Assembly: GCF_000025505.1 (NCBI RefSeq)
Contig: NC_013849.1
Coordinates: 1,380,001-1,412,000, forward strand
Length of the DNA: 32,000 nt
DNA from: Ferroglobus placidus DSM 10642
Lineage (GTDB): Archaea > Halobacteriota > Archaeoglobi > Archaeoglobales > Archaeoglobaceae
Reading direction: 5' to 3'
Within the stretch, counting starts at the first letter, position 1, and the number at the start of each line of letters is the position of its first letter. The translations under genes were made by a program, and so were the position numbers. Positions 25,508 through 32,000 of the stretch are shown here, piece after piece. Under the pieces are notes generated by a model, which did no database searches, was not told the DNA's origin, and was given only the letters and a program-made list of their open reading frames with translations.

Positions 25508-25542
25508 CTCTCCCGCCGGAGCCCACCTGCTGGCAAGCCCAT
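25508..25542 (+). other. 16S processing stem, 3' strand, containing the second BHB bulge
   Basis: CTCTCCCGCCGGA-GCCC-ACC-TGCTGGCAAGCCCAT is complementary to 23922-23956. 3-nt bulge ACC at 25525-25527. Confidence 0.85.
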
Positions 25543-25616
25543 GGGCTCGTAGCTCAGCCTGGTAGAGCGCCGCCTTTGCGAGGCGGAGGCCTCGGGTTCA
25601 AATCCCGACGAGTCCA
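25543..25616 (+). tRNA. tRNA-Ala (anticodon UGC), no encoded CCA
   Basis: Cloverleaf by eye: acceptor GGGCUCG/CGAGUCC with the G3:U70 Ala identity pair, D arm GCUC/GAGC, anticodon stem CCGCC/GGCGG with loop UUUGCGA, T arm UCGGG-UUCAAAU-CCCGA, discriminator A. Followed by TACT, not CCA. Confidence 0.95.
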
Positions 25617-25691
25617 TACTTGATTGTTTAATTCGTGCACCCGGCGATGGAAAAGTCGCCGGGGAAGGGTTTAGCCCCTCGTGGGTGATGA

Positions 25692-25738
25692 GACCGTGCA
25701 AAGGCGTTCCCAGGTATTTACTGGGACCAGTTAGGCTC
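25692..25738 (+). other. 23S processing stem, 5' strand, with BHB half-site
   Basis: GACCGTGCAAAGGCGTTCCCAG-GTAT-TTA-CTGGGACCAGTTAGGCTC pairs with 28712-28758: 22-bp helix, 4-bp central helix GTAT/GTAC (one G-U), 3-nt bulge TTA (25718-25720), 18-bp helix. Confidence 0.8.
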
Positions 25739-28711
<2,973 letters not shown>

Positions 28712-28758
28712 GAGCCTGACTGGTCCCAGGTACATACTGGGAACGCCTTTGCACGGTC
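28712..28758 (+). other. 23S processing stem, 3' strand, with second BHB bulge
   Basis: GAGCCTGACTGGTCCCAG-GTAC-ATA-CTGGGAACGCCTTTGCACGGTC is complementary to 25692-25738. 3-nt bulge ATA at 28734-28736. Confidence 0.8.
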
Positions 28759-28771
28759 GAAAAAGAAGAAT

Positions 28772-30223
28772 TTAAAACACTATTTTACTCAGTTCATTCC
28801 AAATTTCGTCGATTTTTCTCTTAATTTCGTCGCTCATCTCTATTGCTTCCGGCCACTCCCTCTCGTATCCCTCTTCTTTCCACTTCTTCGTAGCGTCTAT
28901 TCCGAGCTTTCCACCGAGGTTTGGCTTGTAACTTGAGTGGTCGAGGCTGTCGAGCGGAGCGTCTGGGATTATTACAACATCTCTGCTCGGGTCGAATCTG
29001 CTCGTCACAGCCCAGAGAACTTCACGCATGTCGTGGACGTTAACGTCTTCATCGACAACAATGACAATTTTCGTCAAGCTGAGCATTCCCGTTCCCCAAA
29101 TTGAGAACATAACCTTTTTTGCATGTCCCGGATACCTCTTCTTTATCGAAACTATAGCCAAGTTGTGAAAGCCAGCTTCGATAGGTAAGTTTATATCGAC
29201 AATTTCCGGATGAATCATTCTGAGAATCGGCAGGAAAATTCTTTCTGTAGCTTTTCCAAACCAAGCATCCTCCATCGGTGGCTTTCCAACAACCGTCGCA
29301 TGATAAATTGGATCTTCTCTGTGTGTTACGCATTCGACGCGAAAAACCGGATACGGCTCGGGAGGAGTGTAGTAGCCGGTGTGATCTCCAAAAGGACCCT
29401 CCGTTCTAAACTCGTCGAGTTTAACGTAACCTTCAAGAACGATTTCAGCACTGGCCGGCACTTCCAATTCTACCGTTTCGCACTCGACCATCTTCAATCG
29501 CTTTCCTCTTATAAACCCGGCAAACATAAATTCGCTCATACCCTCTGGCAGAGGAGCTGTTGCCGAGTACAGCGTGGCTGGATCTACTCCTATTGCCACA
29601 GCAACTTCGATCTTGTCCATCCCAAGCTCCTTCATCTTTTTGTAGTGTAAAGCTCCGTGCTTGTGTATTTGCCAGTGCATACCAGTTGTCCTTTCATCGA
29701 AAACCTGCATTCTGTACATCCCGGCATTCAGCTCTCCGCTTTCCGGATCTCTCGTTATAACGACCGGCAGAGTTATGAACCTCCCGGCATCTTTCGGCCA
29801 GCACTTCAGTATGGGAAACTTGAACAGATTTGGCTTTTCGTCTATTACTTCCTTACAAGCTCCACTCCTAACTTTCTTCGGCAAAAAGCTCATTAATTCC
29901 TTTAACGTTCCAATGGATTTCAATCCGTCTAAAATAGAGCTCGGTTTCAGATTAGCTAACCTTACGAGCTTTTCTCCTATTTCTTCAAATCTCTCAACTT
30001 CCAAAGCGAGTTTCATTCTCCTCTCTGTTCCGAAAGCGTTCAAAAGCACAGGAATGTCGTAACCCTTTGGATTTTCGAAGAGTAAGGCTTTTCCTCCCCT
30101 TTTTACGACTCTATCTGCTATTTCCGTCATTTCGAGAATCGGGCTGACCTCGTGCTTTATTCTTGCAAGCTCGTTCTCCTCTTCAAGCCTATCGATGAAC
30201 TCCCTGAGGTCTTCGTACGGCAT
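28772..30223 (-). CDS. UbiD-family (prenyl-FMN-dependent) decarboxylase
   Basis: 483 aa. N-terminus MPYEDLREFIDRLEEENELARIKHEVSPILEMTEIADRV and overall length are typical of UbiD/menaquinone-biosynthesis-type decarboxylases. Confidence 0.85.
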   Translation of the reverse strand: MPYEDLREFIDRLEEENELARIKHEVSPILEMTEIADRVVKRGGKALLFENPKGYDIPVLLNAFGTERRMKLALEVERFEEIGEKLVRLANLKPSSILDGLKSIGTLKELMSFLPKKVRSGACKEVIDEKPNLFKFPILKCWPKDAGRFITLPVVITRDPESGELNAGMYRMQVFDERTTGMHWQIHKHGALHYKKMKELGMDKIEVAVAIGVDPATLYSATAPLPEGMSEFMFAGFIRGKRLKMVECETVELEVPASAEIVLEGYVKLDEFRTEGPFGDHTGYYTPPEPYPVFRVECVTHREDPIYHATVVGKPPMEDAWFGKATERIFLPILRMIHPEIVDINLPIEAGFHNLAIVSIKKRYPGHAKKVMFSIWGTGMLSLTKIVIVVDEDVNVHDMREVLWAVTSRFDPSRDVVIIPDAPLDSLDHSSYKPNLGGKLGIDATKKWKEEGYEREWPEAIEMSDEIKRKIDEIWNELSKIVF

Positions 30224-30496
30224 GACAGTTTTTAAAGAAGGAAATGATAAAAAGCTTGTGTTATCGGAGTGGCTGACTTCTTTACGCGCGTCTTAATCTA
30301 TCTGCAGCGAAGATAAATTAAATCTTTGACAGTTTGTCTGCGTTGATAGCTTTTGGACGAATTTACAGATGACCAGCACATTGTAAGTCAAGCATTGTTA
30401 TACAACATGCCTGGAAAACTTTCTCCTACGTCTCCCCCGTATTTAAGCGTTGAAGAACAACGTCCAAATCCCCTTTAAACTTGTCAAACTTCTTCT

Positions 30497-31132
30497 TCAG
30501 AACTCGAAAAGCTTCTTCTGTCCGAACTTCTTTCTGAGGTTCTCTACAGTCTTCCACCTCTTCCTAACTATCTCGGGAATTTTCCCTCTTTTAATCTGCT
30601 CTTCGAGCCACCTTCTTGTCTTCTCATCAGAAGCGTAACCGCTTCCGAAGTCTCCGTACTCTCTTTTTAGTTCCTCGATTATCTCATCTCTCAGACACTT
30701 GGCAATTATGGATGCGGCAGCGACGACAACTTCCCTTTCCCCTTCGTGCATCGCAACAACCTTTTTCCCCGTTAGCCGCTTCAGCTCTTCCTCAAGCCTT
30801 TCCGGCTTTACGTCGAAGCTGTCCACGAAGACAACATCCGGATTTAGCTTGGAAATTATTTCCACGCAAGCTTCCTTTAAAATTTCGTTTATCGTCGTTT
30901 TTTCCATTTTCGAGTTCAGTTCTTCTGGAGAGATTACGATCGTTTCATGTTCAACAATCTCTTTCAGCTTTTCCGCGAGTTCTTTCCTTTTCTCTGGACT
31001 TAGCCTTTTAGAATCTTTCACTCCGAGTTTTTTTAAAGCTTCAACATCCTTCTCCTCGCATGAGACTCCGCAAACGACTAATGGTCCGATGACAGGACCT
31101 TTTCCAGCCTCGTCTATCCCGGCGATTTTCAT
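30497..31132 (-). CDS. rnhB: ribonuclease HII
   Basis: 211 aa. MKIAGIDEAGKGPVIGPLVV (DEAGxG catalytic motif), DSKxL and DSFD motifs. Starts 1 nt after the srp54 stop. Confidence 0.9.
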   Translation of the reverse strand: MKIAGIDEAGKGPVIGPLVVCGVSCEEKDVEALKKLGVKDSKRLSPEKRKELAEKLKEIVEHETIVISPEELNSKMEKTTINEILKEACVEIISKLNPDVVFVDSFDVKPERLEEELKRLTGKKVVAMHEGEREVVVAAASIIAKCLRDEIIEELKREYGDFGSGYASDEKTRRWLEEQIKRGKIPEIVRKRWKTVENLRKKFGQKKLFEF

Positions 31133-31133
31133 C

Positions 31134-32000
31134 TCACAGTCCTAACTTCAGTCCCTTTATCGGCAGCTTACCCTTCTTCAACCTCTTCATCAGATTTTTC
31201 ATCGTGTTGTAGTAATTTAGAAGCTCCTTAACGTCCTGCGGCGTCGTTCCGCTTCCTATCGCTATCCTTCTAATCCTCGAGGAGTCGATTATCTTCGGAT
31301 TTAGCAGCTCTTCTTCCGTCATCGAGTCCATGATAACCTTGAACTTTTTCATCTTCTCCTGAGTCATTTCCAACGCCTCATCGTCAACCTTCAGCGAGAA
31401 GCCGAAGGGCAGCATTTCGAAGATCTTAGAAATGGGTCCCATTTTGTTCATCGCCTCAAGCTGCTTGTAAACGTCTTTCAACGTGAACTTTCCTTTCAAG
31501 AAAGCTTCGGGATCCAATTCCTCCTCTTTAACTATCCTTTCAACCTTCTCGAGGAGAGCTTTAATATCGCCCATTCCTAACAGCCTTGAAACGAAGCCGG
31601 CTGGATCGAACTTTTCGAAATCTTCTATCTTCTCTCCAGTTCCTATGAAGGCTATTGGAATTCCTATGAGCCTCGCAGCTGACAAAGCGCCACCTCCTTT
31701 TGCCGTTCCGTCGAACTTTGTTATGACTATAGCATCTATGCCGACGGCTTCGTTGAAAGCTTCGGCTTGCTTGCTTGCGAGCTGTCCTATGGAAGCGTCT
31801 AAAACTAAGAACTTGTAATCCGGTTTTGAAACTTCCGCAATTCTCTTCATCTCCTCTATTAGCTCTTCCTCCAACGCGTGCCTTCCGGCTGTGTCGATGA
31901 CGATTACGTCGTAGTCCTTAAGTGCTTCCAAACCTTCCTTGACTATCTTAACCGCATCTTTCTCCTCCTTTTTCCCGAAAAATCCTAATCCGGCTTGTTC
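31134..32000 (-). CDS. srp54: signal recognition particle protein SRP54, C-terminal part (5' end outside window)
   Basis: The frame stays open to base 32000 (..EQAGLGFFGKKEEKDAVKIVKEGLEALKDYDVIVIDTAGRH). G-domain motifs DTAGR and TKFDG. Met-rich M domain at the C-terminus (MLPFG..., MTQEKMKKFKVIMDSMT). Confidence 0.9.
   Translation of the reverse strand, partial: EQAGLGFFGKKEEKDAVKIVKEGLEALKDYDVIVIDTAGRHALEEELIEEMKRIAEVSKPDYKFLVLDASIGQLASKQAEAFNEAVGIDAIVITKFDGTAKGGGALSAARLIGIPIAFIGTGEKIEDFEKFDPAGFVSRLLGMGDIKALLEKVERIVKEEELDPEAFLKGKFTLKDVYKQLEAMNKMGPISKIFEMLPFGFSLKVDDEALEMTQEKMKKFKVIMDSMTEEELLNPKIIDSSRIRRIAIGSGTTPQDVKELLNYYNTMKNLMKRLKKGKLPIKGLKLGL

Noticed and set aside
25685-25691. A C-box-like GTGATGA just before the 23S processing stem, plus tandem GA/GA flanking the helix (25690-25691 / 28759-28760). 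Considered as a possible K-turn or C/D sRNA.
   Set aside because: There is no CTGA D box at a suitable distance and no complementary C-stem beyond a 3-nt bulge, so the K-turn geometry cannot be completed.
30244-30276. ATGATAA ... CTGA in the rnhB-ubiD spacer, considered as a C/D box sRNA.
   Set aside because: The C box is imperfect. The element is only about 33 nt, with no C'/D' boxes or terminal stem. The minus strand has no TGATGA at all.

Overview
This 32-kb chromosomal window comes from a hyperthermophilic euryarchaeon. It looks Archaeoglobales-like, judged from my own recognition and not from a search. The grounds are the rRNA sequence, a 16S-tRNA(Ala)-23S operon with no linked 5S, methanofuran and methanopterin cofactor genes, and a Tat-exported cytochrome-b-linked [NiFe] hydrogenase. 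The window is gene-dense, with about 30 CDS and many 4-nt start/stop overlaps.

Left third: one long minus-strand string of DUF362 Fe-S protein, ileS, MptE-like kinase, GT4, GT2 and a flippase-like membrane protein.

Middle: rtcA; a three-gene group-1-type [NiFe] hydrogenase ordered small subunit, cytochrome b, large subunit; a DUF99 protein; a CAP-domain protein; a type IA topoisomerase; and a RibBA-like GTP cyclohydrolase II.

Right: mfnA; mobA-moaA-(untracked 45-aa ORF)-hisC-fap7; the rRNA operon with textbook bulge-helix-bulge processing stems; a UbiD-family decarboxylase; rnhB; and srp54, which is cut by the window end.

I found no transposase, integrase, CRISPR array or recognisable defence gene.

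The only accessory-looking locus is 17.5-19.35 kb. It holds two overlapping small Cys-containing ORFs with strong Shine-Dalgarno sites, then an RRE-like/radical-SAM/SPASM enzyme with RiPP-maturase architecture, abutting a decayed K+ channel gene. This is my best candidate for an undescribed system, but the peptide-enzyme link is inference only.

Other points worth checking:
- an Asp where the first Cys of the hydrogenase proximal-cluster motif is expected;
- the unusual hydrogenase gene order;
- a degenerate RibB-like domain fused to RibA;
- a 273-bp ORF-free spacer.
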